Assembly (NCBI GenBank): GCA_053919585.1
Contig: CM132828.1
Reading direction: 5' to 3' (one strand)
Source: Euprymna scolopes
Taxonomy: Eukaryota
DNA length: 64,000 nucleotides
Positions 32,801-47,800 of this stretch are shown here, piece by piece. Below the pieces are notes generated by a model, which worked only from the letters and a program-made list of their open reading frames with translations, was not told the origin of the DNA and ran no database searches. How positions within the stretch are numbered: position 1 is the stretch's first letter; the number at the start of each line of letters is the position of its first letter. The translations under genes and the position numbers were made by a program.

Positions 32801-35800
32801 CCCCATTCAAAAATCTCAGCTATGAACCTCTGTTCGAAAATGTCAGCAATATGGACCTCCATTTGAAAATCTCAGCTATGCAGCTCTGTTCGAAAATGTC
32901 AGCAATATGAACCCCATTTGAAAATCTCAGCTATGAACCTCTATTTGAAAATGTCAGCAATATGAACCCCATTCAAAAATCTCAGCTATGAACCTCTGTT
33001 CGAAAATGTCAGCAATATGGACCTCCATTTGAAAATCTCAGCTATGCAGCTCTGTTCGAAAATGTCAGCAATATGAACCCCATTTGAAAATCTCAGCTAT
33101 GAACCTCAGTTCGAAAATGTCAGCAATATGGACCTCCATTTGAAAATCTCAGCTATGCAGCTCTGTTCGAAAATGTCAGCAATATGAACCCCATTCAAAA
33201 ATCTCAGCTATGAACCTCAGTTCGAAAATGTCAGCAATATGGACCTCCATTTGAAAATCTCAGCTATGAACCTCTATTTGAAAATGTCAGCAATATGAAC
33301 CCCATTCAAAAATCTCAGCTATGAACCTCTGTTCGAAAATGTCAGCAATATGGACCTCCATTTGAAAATCTCAGCTATGCAGCTCTGTTCGAAAATGTCA
33401 GCAATATGAACCCCATTTGAAAATCTCAGCTATGAACCTCTATTCGAAAATGTCAGCAATATGAACCCCATTCAAAAATCTCAGCTATGAACCTCTATTC
33501 GAAAATGTCAGCAATATGGACCTCCATTTGAAAATCTCAGCTATGCAGCTCTGTTCGAAAATGTCAGCAATATGAACCCCATTTGAAAATCTCAGCTATG
33601 AACCTCTATTCGAAAATGTCAGCAATATGAACCCCATTCAAAAATCTCAGCTATGAACCTCTATTCGAAAATGTCAGCAATATGGACCTCCATTTGAAAA
33701 TCTCAGCTATGAACCTCTGTTCGAAAATGTCAGCAATATGAACCCCATTTGAAAATCTCAGCTATGAACCTCTATTTGAAAATGTCAGCAATATGAACCC
33801 CATTCAAAAATCTCAGCTATGAACCTCTGTTCGAAAATGTCAGCAATATGGACCTCCATTTGAAAATCTCAGCTATGAACCTCTGTTCGAAAATGTCAGC
33901 AATATGAACCCCATTTGAAAATCTCAGCTATGAACCTCTGTTCGAAAATGTCAGCAATATGAACCCCATTTGAAAATCTCAGCTATGAACCTCTGTTCGA
34001 AAATGTCAGCAATATGAACCCCATTTGAAAATCTCAGCTATGAACCTCTATTTGAAAATGTCAGCAATATGAACCCCATTTGAAAATCTCAGCTATGAAC
34101 CTCTGTTCGAAAATGTCAGCAATATGAACCCCATTTGAAAATCTCAGCTATGAACCTCTATTTGAAAATGTCAGCAATATGAACCCCATTCAAAAATCTC
34201 AGCTATGAACCTCTGTTCGAAAATGTCAGCAATATGGACCTCCATTTGAAAATCTCAGCTATGCAGCTCTGTTCGAAAATGTCAGCAATATGAACCCCAT
34301 TCAAAAATCTCAGCTATGAACCTCAGTTCGAAAATGTCAGCAATATGGACCTCCATTTGAAAATCTCAGCTATGCAGCTCTGTTCGAAAATGTCAGCAAT
34401 ATGAACCCCATTTGAAAATCTCAGCTATGAACCTCTATTTGAAAATGTCAGCAATATGAACCCCATTCAAAAATCTCAGCTATGAACCTCTGTTCGAAAA
34501 TGTCAGCAATATGGACCTCCATTTGAAAATCTCAGCTATGCAGCTCTGTTCGAAAATGTCAGCAATATGGACCTCCATTTGAAAATCTCAGCTATGAACC
34601 TCTGTTCGAAAATGTCAGCAATATGAACCCCATTTGAAAATCTCAGCTATGAACCTCTATTTGAAAATGTCAGCAATATGAACCCCATTCAAAAATCTCA
34701 GCTATGAACCTCTGTTCGAAAATGTCAGCAATATGGACCTCCATTTGAAAATCTCAGCTATGAACCTCTGTTCGAAAATGTCAGCAATATGAACCCCATT
34801 TGAAAATCTCAGCTATGAACCTCTGTTCGAAAATGTCAGCAATATGAACCCCATTTGAAAATCTCAGCTATGAACCTCTGTTCGAAAATGTCAGCAATAT
34901 GAACCCCATTTGAAAATCTCAGCTATGAACCTCTATTTGAAAATGTCAGCAATATGAACCCCATTTGAAAATCTCAGCTATGAACCTCTGTTCGAAAATG
35001 TCAACAATATGAACCCCATTTGAAAATCTCAGCTATGAACCTCTATTTGAAAATGTCAGCAATATGAACCCCATTTGAAAATCTCAGCTATGAACCTCTA
35101 TTTGAAAATGTCAGCAATATGGACCTCCATTTGAAAATCTCAGCTATGCAGCTCTGTTCGAAAATGTCAGCAATATGAACCCCATTTGAAAATCTCAGCT
35201 ATGAACCTCTATTTGAAAATGTCAGCAATATGAACCCCATTCAAAAATCTCAGCTATGAACCTCTGTTCGAAAATGTCAGCAATATGGACCTCCATTTGA
35301 AAATCTCAGCTATGCAGCTCTGTTCGAAAATGTCAGCAATATGAACCCCATTCAAAAATCTCAGCTATGAACCTCAGTTCGAAAATGTCAGCAATATGGA
35401 CCTCCATTTGAAAATCTCAGCTATGCAGCTCTGTTCGAAAATGTCAGCAATATGAACCCCATTTGAAAATCTCAGCTATGAACCTCTATTTGAAAATGTC
35501 AGCAATATGAACCCCATTCAAAAATCTCAGCTATGAACCTCTGTTCGAAAATGTCAGCAATATGGACCTCCATTTGAAAATCTCAGCTATGCAGCTCTGT
35601 TCGAAAATGTCAGCAATATGGACCTCCATTTGAAAATCTCAGCTATGAACCTCTGTTCGAAAATGTCAGCAATATGAACCCCATTTGAAAATCTCAGCTA
35701 TGAACCTCTATTTGAAAATGTCAGCAATATGAACCCCATTCAAAAATCTCAGCTATGAACCTCTGTTCGAAAATGTCAGCAATATGGACCTCCATTTGAA

Positions 35801-38800
35801 AATCTCAGCTATGAACCTCTGTTCGAAAATGTCAGCAATATGAACCCCATTTGAAAATCTCAGCTATGAACCTCTGTTCGAAAATGTCAGCAATATGAAC
35901 CCCATTTGAAAATCTCAGCTATGAACCTCTGTTCGAAAATGTCAGCAATATGAACCCCATTCAAAAATCTCAGCTATGAACCTCTGTTCGAAAATGTCAG
36001 CAATATGGACCTCCATTTGAAAATCTCAGCTATGAACCTCTGTTCGAAAATGTCAGCAATATGAACCCCATTTGAAAATCTCAGCTATGAACCTCTATTT
36101 GAAAATGTCAGCAATATGAACCCCATTCAAAAATGTCAGCTATGAACCTCTGTTCGAAAATGTCAGCAATATGGACCTCCATTTGAAAATCTCAGCTATG
36201 CAGCTCTGTTCGAAAATGTCAGCAATATGAACCCCATTCAAAAATCTCAGCTATGAACCTCAGTTCGAAAATGTCAGCAATATGGACCTCCATTTGAAAA
36301 TCTCAGCTATGAACCTCTGTTCGAAAATGTCAGCAATATGAACCCCATTTGAAAATCTCAGCTATGAACCTCTATTTGAAAATGTCAGCAATATGAACCC
36401 CATTTGAAAATCTCAGCTATGAACCTCTGTTCGAAAATGTCAGCAATATGGACCTCCATTTGAAAATCTCAGCTATGCAGCTCTGTTCGAAAATGTCAGC
36501 AATATGAACCCCATTTGAAAATCTCAGCTATGAACCTCTATTTGAAAATGTCAGCAATATGAACCCCATTTGAAAATCTCAGCTATGAACCTCTATTTGA
36601 AAATGTCAGCAATATGACCCCCATTCAAAAATCTCAGCTATGAACCTCTATTTGAAAATGTCAGCAATATGAACCCCATTTGAAAATCTCAGCTATGAAC
36701 CTCTGTTCGAAAATGTCAGCAATATGGACCTCCATTTGAAAATCTCAGCTATGCAGCTCTGTTCGAAAATGTCAGCAATATGAACCCCATTTGAAAATCT
36801 CAGCTATGCAGCTCTGTTCGAAAATGTCAGCAATATGAACCCCATTCAAAAATCTCAGCTATGAACCTCTGTTCGAAAATGTCAGCAATATGGACCTCCA
36901 TTTGAAAATCTCAGCTATGCAGCTCTGTTCGAAAATGTCAGCAATATGAACCCCATTTGAAAATCTCAGCTATGAACCTCTGTTCGAAAATGTCAGCAAT
37001 ATGGACCTCTATTTGAAAATCTCAGCTATGCAGCTCTGTTCGAAAATGTCAGCAATATGGACCTCCATTTGAAAATCTCAGCTATGAACCTCTGTTCGAA
37101 AATGTCAGCAATATGAACCCCATTTGAAAATCTCAGCTATGAACCTCTATTTGAAAATGTCAGCAATATGAACCCCATTCAAAAATCTCAGCTATGAACC
37201 TCTGTTCGAAAATGTCAGCAATATGGACCTCCATTTGAAAATCTCAGCTATGCAGCTCTGTTCGAAAATGTCAGCAATATGAACCCCATTTGAAAATCTC
37301 AGCTATGAACCTCTATTTGAAAATGTCAGCAATATGAACCCCATTCAAAAATCTCAGCTATGAACCTCTGTTCGAAAATGTCAGCAATATGAACCCCATT
37401 CAAAAATCTCAGCTATGAACCTCTGTTCGAAAATGTCTGCAATATGGACCTCCATTTGAAAATCTCAGCTATGCAGCTCTGTTCGAAAATGTCAGCAATA
37501 TGAACCCCATTTGAAAATCTCAGCTATGAACCTCTGTTCGAAAATGTCAGCAATATGAACCCCATTTGAAAATCTCAGCTATGAACCTCTGTTCGAAAAT
37601 GTCAGCAATATGGACCTCCATTTGAAAATCTCAGCTATGCAGCTCTGTTCGAAAATGTCAGCAATATGAACCCCATTCAAAAATCTCAGCTATGAACCTC
37701 TGTTCGAAAATGTCAGCAATATGGACCTCCATTTGAAAATCTCAGCTATGCAGCTCTGTTCGAAAATGTCAGCAATATGAACCCCATTTGAAAATCTCAG
37801 CTATGAACCTCTGTTCGAAAATGTCAGCAATATGAACCCCATTTGAAAATCTCAGCTATGAACCTCTGTTCGAAAATGTCAGCAATATGAACCCCATTTG
37901 AAAATCTCAGCTATGAACCTCTGTTCGAAAATGTCAGCAATATGAACCCCATTTGAAAATCTCAGCTATGAACCTCTATTTGAAAATGTCAGCAATATGA
38001 ACCCCATTTGAAAATCTCAGCTATGAACCTCTATTCGAAAATGTCAGCAATATGGACCTCCATTTGAAAATCTCAGCTATGCAGCTCTGTTCGAAAATGT
38101 CAGCAATATGAACCCCATTTGAAAATCTCAGCTATGAACCTCTGTTCGAAAATGTCAGCAATATGGACCTCCATTTGAAAATCTCAGCTATGCAGCTCTG
38201 TTCGAAAATGTCAGCAATATGAACCCCATTTGAAAATCTCAGCTATGAACCTCTGTTCGAAAATGTCAGCAATATGAACCCCATTTGAAAATCTCAGCTA
38301 TGAACCTCTGTTCGAAAATGTCAGCAATATGAACCCCATTTGAAAATCTCAGCTATGAACCTCTGTTCGAAAATGTCAGCAATATGAACCCCATTTGAAA
38401 ATCTCAGCTATGAACCTCTGTTCGAAAATGTCAGCAATATGAACCCCATTTGAAAATCTCAGCTATGAACCTCTATTCGAAAATGTCAGCAATATGGACC
38501 TCCATTTGAAAATCTCAGCTATGCAGCTCTGTTCGAAAATGTCAGCAATATGAACCCCATTCAAAAATCTCAGCTATGAACCTCTGTTCGAAAATGTCAG
38601 CAATATGGACCTCCATTTGAAAATCTCAGCTATGCAGCTCTGTTCGAAAATGTCAGCAATATGAACCCCATTCAAAAATCTCAGCTATGAACCTCTGTTC
38701 GAAAATGTCAGCAATATGGACCTCCATTTGAAAATCTCAGCTATGCAGCTCTGTTCGAAAATGTCAGCAATATGAACCCCATTCAAAAATCTCAGCTATG

Positions 38801-41800
38801 CAGCTCTGTTCGAAAATGTCAGCAATATGAACCCCATTTGAAAATCTCAGCTATGAACCTCTGTTCGAAAATGTCAGCAATATGAACCCCATTCAAAAAT
38901 CTCAGCTATGCAGCTCTGTTCGAAAATGTCAGCAATATGAACCCCATTTGAAAATCTCAGCTATGAACCTCTGTTCGAAAATGTCAGCAATATGAACCCC
39001 ATTCAAAAATCTAAGCTATGAACCTCTGTTCGAAAATGTCAGCAATATGGACCTCCATTTGAAAATCTCAGCTATGCAGCTCTGTTCGAAAATGTCAGCA
39101 ATATGAACCCCATTCAAAAATCTCAGCTATGAACCTCTGTTCGAAAATGTCAGCAATATGGACCTCCATTTGAAAATCTCAGCTATGCAGCTCTGTTCGA
39201 AAATGTCAGCAATATGAACCCCATTTGAAAATCTCAGCTATGAACCTCTATTTGAAAATGTCAGCAATATGAACCCCATTTGAAAATCTCAGCTATGAAC
39301 CTCTATTTGAAAATGTCAGCAATATGACCCCCATTCAAAAATCTCAGCTATGAACCTCTATTTGAAAATGTCAGCAATATGAACCCCATTTGAAAATCTC
39401 AGCTATGAACCTCTGTTCGAAAATGTCAGCAATATGAACCCCATTTGAAAATCTCAGCTATGAACCTCTATTTGAAAATGTCAGCAATATGAACCCCATT
39501 CAAAAATCTCAGCTATGAACCTCTATTTGAAAATGTCAGCAATATGGACCTCCATTTGAAAATCTCAGCTATGCAGCTCTGTTCGAAAATGTCAGCAATA
39601 TGAACCCCATTTGAAAATCTCAGCTATGAACCTCTGTTCGAAAATGTCAGCAATATGAACCCCATTCAAAAATCTCAGCTATGAACCTCTGTTCGAAAAT
39701 GTCAGCAATATGGACCTCCATTTGAAAATCTCAGCTATGCAGCTCTGTTCGAAAATGTCAGCAATATGAACCCCATTTGAAAATCTCAGCTATGAACCTC
39801 TATTTGAAAATGTCAGCAATATGAACCCCATTTGAAAATCTCAGCTATGAACCTCTATTTGAAAATGTCAGCAATATGAACCCCATTCAAAAATCTCAGC
39901 TATGAACCTCTATTTGAAAATGTCAGCAATATGAACCCCATTCAAAAATCTCAGCTATGCAGCTCTGTTTGAAAATGTCAGCAATATGGACCTCCATTTG
40001 AAAATCTCAGCTATGAACCTCTGTTTGAAAATGTCAGCAATATGAACCCCATTCAAAAATCTCAGCTATGCAGCTCTGTTCGAAAATGTCAGCAATATGA
40101 ACCCCATTTGAAAATCTCAGCTATGAACCTCTATTTGAAAATGTCAGCAATATGAACCCCATTCAAAAATCTCAGCTATGAACCTCTGTTCGAAAATGTC
40201 AGCAATATGGACCTCCATTTGAAAATCTCAGCTATGCAGCTCTGTTCGAAAATGTCAGCAATATGAACCCCATTTGAAAATCTCAGCTATGAACCTCCGT
40301 TCGAAAATGTCAGCAATATGGACCTCTATTTGAAAATCTCAGCTATGAACCTCTGTTCGAAAATGTCAGCAATATGAACCCCATTTGAAAATCTCAGCTA
40401 TGAACCTCTGTTCGAAAATGTCAGCAATATGGACCTCCAATTGAAAATCTCAGCTATGCAGCTCTGTTCGAAAATGTCAGCAATATGAACCCCATTTGAA
40501 AATCTCAGCTATGAACCTCTGTTCGAAAATGTCAGCAATATGGACCTCTATTTGAAAATCTCAGCTATGCAGCTCTGTTCGAAAATGTCAGCAATATGGA
40601 CCTCCATTTGAAAATCTCAGCTATGAACCTCTGTTCGAAAATCTCAGCAATATGAACCCCATTTGAAAATCTCAGCTATGAACCTCTATTTGAAAATGTC
40701 AGCAATATGAACCCCATTCAAAAATCTCAGCTATGAACCTCTGTTCGAAAATGTCAGCAATATGGACCTCCATTTGAAAATCTCAGCTATGCAGCTCTGT
40801 TCGAAAATGTCAGCAATATGAACCCCATTTGAAAATCTCAGCTATGAACCTCTGTTCGAAAATGTCAGCAATATGAACCCCATTTGAAAATCTCAGCTAT
40901 GAACCTCTGTTCGAAAATGTCAGCAATATGGACCTCCATTTGAAAATCTCAGCTATGCAGCTCTGTTCGAAAATGTCAGCAATATGAACCCCATTTGAAA
41001 ATCTCAGCTATGAACCTCTATTTGAAAATGTCAGCAATATGAACCCCATTCAAAAATCTCAGCTATGAACCTCTGTTCGAAAATGTCAGCAATATGGACC
41101 TCCATTTGAAAATCTCAGCTATGCAGCTCTGTTCGAAAATGTCAGCAATATGAACCCCATTTGAAAATCTCAGCTATGAACCTCTGTTCGAAAATGTCAG
41201 CAATATGAACCCCATTTGAAAATCTCAGCTATGAACCTCTGTTCGAAAATGTCAGCAATATGGACCTCCATTTGAAAATCTCAGCTATGCAGCTCTGTTC
41301 GAAAATGTCAGCAATATGAACCCCATTTGAAAATCTCAGCTATGAACCTCTATTTGAAAATGTCAGCAATATGAACCCCATTCAAAAATCTCAGCTATGA
41401 ACCTCTATTTGAAAATGTCAGCAATATGAACCCCATTCAAAAATCTCAGCTATGAACCTCTGTTCGAAAATGTCAGCAATATGGACCTCCATTTGAAAAT
41501 CTCAGCTATGAACCTCTGTTTGAAAATGTCAGCAATATGGACCTCCATTTGAAAATCTCAGCTATGAACCTCTGTTCGAAAATGTCAGCAATATGAACCC
41601 CATTTGAAAATCTCAGCTATGAACCTCTATTTGAAAATGTCAGCAATATGAACCCCATTTGAAAATCTCAGCTATGCAGCTCTGTTCGAAAATGTCAGCA
41701 ATATGGACCTCCATTTGAAAATCTCAGCTATGAACCTCTGTTCGAAAATGTCAGCAATATGGACCTCCATTTGAAAATCTCAGCTATGAACCTCTGTTTG

Positions 41801-44800
41801 AAAATGTCAGCAATATGGACCTCCATTTGAAAATCTCAGCTATGAACCTCTGTTCGAAAATGTCAGCAATATGAACCCCATTTGAAAATCTCAGCTATGA
41901 ACCTCTATTTGAAAATGTCAGCAATATGAACCCCATTTGAAAATCTCAGCTATGCAGCTCTGTTCGAAAATGTCAGCAATATGGACCTCCATTTGAAAAT
42001 CTCAGCTATGAACCTCTGTTCGAAAATGTCAGCAATATGAACCCCATTTGAAAATCTCAGCTATGAACCTCTATTTGAAAATGTCAGCAATATGAACCCC
42101 ATTCAAAAATCTCAGCTATGAACCTCTGTTCGAAAATGTCAGCAATATGGACCTCCATTTGAAAATCTCAGCTATGCAGCTCTGTTCGAAAATGTCAGCA
42201 ATATGAACCCCATTTGAAAATCTCAGCTATGAACCTCTGTTCGAAAATGTCAGCAATATGAACCCCATTTGAAAATCTCAGCTATGAACCTCTGTTCGAA
42301 AATGTCAGCAATATGGACCTCCATTTGAAAATCTCAGCTATGCAGCTCTGTTCGAAAATGTCAGCAATATGAACCCCATTTGAAAATCTCAGCTATGAAC
42401 CTCTATTTGAAAATGTCAGCAATATGAACCCCATTCAAAAATCTCAGCTATGAACCTCTATTTGAAAATGTCAGCAATATGAACCCCATTCAAAAATCTC
42501 AGCTATGAACCTCTGTTCGAAAATGTCAGCAATATGGACCTCCATTTGAAAATCTCAGCTATGAACCTCTGTTTGAAAATGTCAGCAATATGGACCTCCA
42601 TTTGAAAATCTCAGCTATGAACCTCTGTTCGAAAATGTCAGCAATATGAACCCCATTTGAAAATCTCAGCTATGAACCTCTATTTGAAAATGTCAGCAAT
42701 ATGAACCCCATTTGAAAATCTCAGCTATGCAGCTCTGTTCGAAAATGTCAGCAATATGAACCCCATTTGAAAATCTCAGCTATGAACCTCTGTTCGAAAA
42801 TGTCAGCAATATGGACCTCCATTCAAAAATCTCAGCTATGAACCTCTGTTTGAAAATGTCAGCAATATGGACCTCCATTTGGAAATCTCAGCTATGCAGC
42901 TCTGTTCGAAAATGTCAGCAATATGAACCCCATTTGAAAATCTCAGCTATGAACCTCTATTTGAAAATGTCAGCAATATGAACCCCATTTGAAAATCTCA
43001 GCTATGAACCTCTGTTCGAAAATGTCAGCAATATGGACCTCCATTTGAAAATCTCAGCTATGCAGCTCTGTTCGAAAATGTCAGCAATATGAACCCCATT
43101 TGAAAATCTCAGCTATGAACCTCTGTTTGAAAATGTCAGCAATATGGACCTCCATTTGAAAATCTCAGCTATGCAGCTCTGTTCGAAAATGTCAGCAATA
43201 TGAACCCCATTTGAAAATCTCAGCTATGAACCTCTGTTCGAAAATGTCAGCAATATGAACCCCATTTGAAAATCTCAGCTATGAACCTCTATTTTAAAAT
43301 GTCAGCAATATGAACCCCATTTGAAAATCTCAGCTATGAACCTCTATTTGAAAATGTCAGCAATATGAACCCCATTCAAAAATCTCAGCTATGAACCTCT
43401 GTTCGAAAATGTCAGCAATATGGACCTCCATTTGAAAATCTCAGCTATGAACCTCTATTTGAAAATGTCAGCAATATGAACCCCATTCAAAAATCTCAGC
43501 TATGAACCTCTGTTCGAAAATGTCAGCAATATGAACCCCATTTGAAAATCTCAGCTATGAACCTCTATTTGAAAATGTCAGCAATATGAACCCCATTCAA
43601 AAATCTCAGCTATGAACCTCTGTTCGAAAATGTCAGCAATATGAACCCCATTTGAAAATCTCAGCTATGAACCTCTATTTTAAAATGTCAGCAATATGAA
43701 CCCCATTTGAAAATCTCAGCTATGAACCTCTATTTGAAAATGTCAGCAATATGAACCCCATTCAAAAATCTCAGCTATGAACCTCTGTTCGAAAATGTCA
43801 GCAATATGGACCTCCATTTGAAAATCTCAGCTATGAACCTCTATTTGAAAATGTCAGCAATATGAACCCCATTTGAAAATCTCAGCTATGAACCTCTATT
43901 TGAAAATGTCAGCAATATGAACCCCATTCAAAAATCTCAGCTATGAACCTCTGTTCGAAAATGTCAGCAATATGAACCCCATTTGAAAATCTCAGCTATG
44001 AACCTCTATTTGAAAATGTCAGCAATATGAACCCCATTCAAAAATCTCAGCTATGAACCTCTGTTCGAAAATGTCAGCAATATGGACCTCCATTTGAAAA
44101 TCTCAGCTATGAACCTCTATTTGAAAATGTCAGCAATATGAACCCCATTTGAAAATCTCAGCTATGAACCTCTATTTGAAAATGTCAGCAATATGAACCC
44201 CATTCAAAAATCTCAGCTATGAACCTCTGTTCGAAAATGTCAGCAATATGAACCCCATTTGAAAATCTCAGCTATGAACCTCTATTTGAAAATGTCAGCA
44301 ATATGAACCCCATTCAAAAATCTCAGCTATGAACCTCTGTTTGAAAATGTCAGCAATATGGACCTCCATTTGAAAATCTCAGCTATGCAGCTCTGTTCGA
44401 AAATGTCAGCAATATGAACCCCATTCAAAAATCTCAGCTATGAACCTCTGTTTGAAAATGTCAGCAATATGGACCTCCATTTGAAAATCTCAGCTATGAA
44501 CCTCTGTTCGAAAATGTCAGCAATATGGACCTCCATTTGAAAATCTCAGCTATGCAGCTCTGTTCGAAAATGTCAGCAATATGAACCCCATTTGAAAATC
44601 TCAGCTATGAACCTCTGTTTGAAAATGTCAGCAATATGAACCCCATTCAAAAATCTCAGCTATGAACCTCTGTTTGAAAATGTCAGCAATATGGACCTCC
44701 ATTTGAAAATCTCAGCTATGAACCTCTGTTCGAAAATGTCAGCAATATGAACCCCATTTGAAAATCTCAGCTATGAACCTCTGTTTGAAAATGTCAGCAA

Positions 44801-47800
44801 TATGAACCCCATTCAAAAATCTCAGCTATGAACCTCTGTTCGAAAATGTCAGCAATATGAACCCCATTCAAAAATCTCAGCTATGAACCTCTGTTCGAAA
44901 ATGTCAGCAATATGGACCTCCATTTGAAAATCTCAGCTATGCAGCTCTGTTCGAAAATGTCAGCAATATGAACCCCATTTGAAAATCTCAGCTATGAACC
45001 TCTATTTGAAAATGTCAGCAATATGAACCCCATTCAAAAATCTCAGCTATGAACCTCTGTTTGAAAATGTCAGCAATATGGACCTCCATTTGAAAATCTC
45101 AGCTATGCAGCTCTGTTCGAAAATGTCAGCAATATGAACCCCATTCAAAAATCTCAGCTATGAACCTCTGTTTGAAAATGTCAGCAATATGGACCTCCAA
45201 TTGAAAATCTCAGCTATGCAGCTCTGTTCGAAAATGTCAGCAATATGAACCCCATTTGAAAATCTCAGCTATGAACCTCTGTTCGAAAATGTCAGCAATA
45301 TGGACCTCCATTTGAAAATCTCAGCTATGCAGCTCTGTTCGAAAATGTCAGCAATATGAACCCCATTTGAAAATCTCAGCTATGAACCTCTATTTGAAAA
45401 TGTCAGCAATATGAACCCCATTTGAAAATCTCAGCTATGAACCTCTGTTCGAAAATGTCAGCAAAATGGACCTCCATTTGAAAATCTCAGCTATGAACCT
45501 CTGTTTGAAAATGTCAGCAATATTGACCTCCATTTGAAAATCTCAGCTATGAACCTCTGTTCGAAAATGTCAGCAATATGAACCCATTTGAAAATCTCAG
45601 CTATGAACCTCTGTTCGAAAATGTCAGCAATATGAACCCCATTTGAAAATCTCAGCTATGAACCTCTATTTGAAAATGTCAGCAATATGAACCCCATTTG
45701 AAAATCTCAGCTATGAACCTCTATTTGAAAATGTCAGCAATATGAACCCCATTCAAAAATCTCAGTTATGAACCTCTGTTCGAAAATGTCAGCAATATGG
45801 ACCTCCATTTGAAAATCTCAGCTATGAACCTCTTTTTGAAAATGTCAGCAATATGAACCCCATTCAAAAATCTCAGCTATGAACCTCTGTTCGAAAATGT
45901 CAGCAATATGAACCCCATTTGAAAATCTCAGCTATGAACCTCTTTTTGAAAATGTCAGCAATATGAACCCCATTCAAAAATCTCAGCTATGAACCTCTGT
46001 TCGAAAATGTCAGCAATATGAACCCCATTTGAAAATCTCAGCTATGAACCTCTATTTGAAAATGTCAGCAATATGAACCCCATTCAAAAATCTCAGCTAT
46101 GAACCTCTGTTCGAAAATGTCAGCAATATGAACCCCATTTGAAAATCTCAGCTATGAACCTCTTTTTGAAAATGTCAGCAATATGAACCCCATTCAAAAA
46201 TCTCAGCTATGAACCTCTGTTTGAAAATGTCAGCAATATGGACCTCCATTTGAAAATCTCAGCTATGAACCTCTGTTTGAAAATGTCAGCAATATGGACC
46301 TCCATTTGAAAATCTCAGCAATGCAGCTTTGTTCGAAAATGTCAGCAATATGAACCCCATTTGAAAATCTCAGCTATGAACCTCTGTTCGAAAATGTCAG
46401 CAATATGGACCTCCATTTGAAAATCTCAGCTATGAACCTCTGTTCGAAAATGTCAGCAATATGGACCTCCATTTGAAAATCTCAGCTATGAACCTCTATT
46501 TGAAAATGTCAGCAATATGAACCCCATTTGAAAATCTCAGCTATGAACCTCTGTTCGAAAATGTCAGCAATATGGACCTCCATTTGAAAATCTCAGCTAT
46601 GAACCTCTGTTTGAAAATGTCAGCAATATGGACCTCCATTTGAAAATCTCAGCTATGCAGCTTTGTTCGAAAATGTCGGCAATATGAACCCCATTTGAAA
46701 ATCTCAGCTATGAACCTCTGTTCGAAAATGTCAGCAATATGGACCTCCATTTGAAAATCTCAGCTATGCAGCTCTGTTCGAAAATGTCAGCAATATGAAC
46801 CCCATTTGAAAATCTCAGCTATGAACCTCTATTTGAAAATGTCAGCAATATGAACCCCATTTGAAAATCTCAGCTATGAACCTCTATTTGAAAATGTCAG
46901 CAATATGAACCCCATTCAAAAATCTCAGCTATGAACCTCTGTTCGAAAATGTCAGCAATATGGACCTCCATTTGAAAATCTCAGCTATGCAGCTCTGTTC
47001 GAAAATGTCAGCAATATGAACCCCATTTGAAAATCTCAGCTATGAACCTCTGTTCGAAAATGTCAGCAATATGGACCTCCATTTGAAAATCTCAGCTATG
47101 AACCTCTGTTCGAAAATGTCAGCAATATGAACCCCATTTGAAAATCTCAGCCATTAACCTCTATTTGAAAATGTCAGCAATATGAACCCCATTTGAAAAT
47201 CTCAGCTATGAACCTCTGTTTGAAAATGTCAGCAATATGGACCTCCATTTGAAAATCTCAGCTATGAACCTCTGTTCGAAAATGTCAGCAATATGAACCC
47301 CATTTGAAAATCTCAGCTATGAACCTCTATTTGAAAATGTCAGCAATATGAACCCCATTTGAAAATCTCAGCTATGAACCTCTATTTGAAAATGTCAGCA
47401 ATATGAACCCCATTCAAAAATCTCAGCTATGAACCTCTGTTTGAAAATGTCAGCAATATGGACCTCCATTTGAAAATCTCAGCTATGCAGCTTTGTTCGA
47501 AAATGTCAGCAATATGAACCCCATTTGAAAATCTCAGCTATGAACCTCTGTTCGAAAATGTCAGCAATATGGACCTCCATTTGAAAATCTCAGCTATGAA
47601 CCTCTGTTTGAAAATGTCAGCAATATGAACCCCATTTGAAAATCTCAGCTATGAACCTCTGTTCGAAAATGTCAGCAATATGAACCCATTTGAAAATCTC
47701 AGCTATGAACCTCTGTTCGAAAATGTCAGCAATATGAACCCCATTTGAAAATCTCAGCTATGAACCTCTATTTGAAAATGTCAGCAATATGAACCCCATT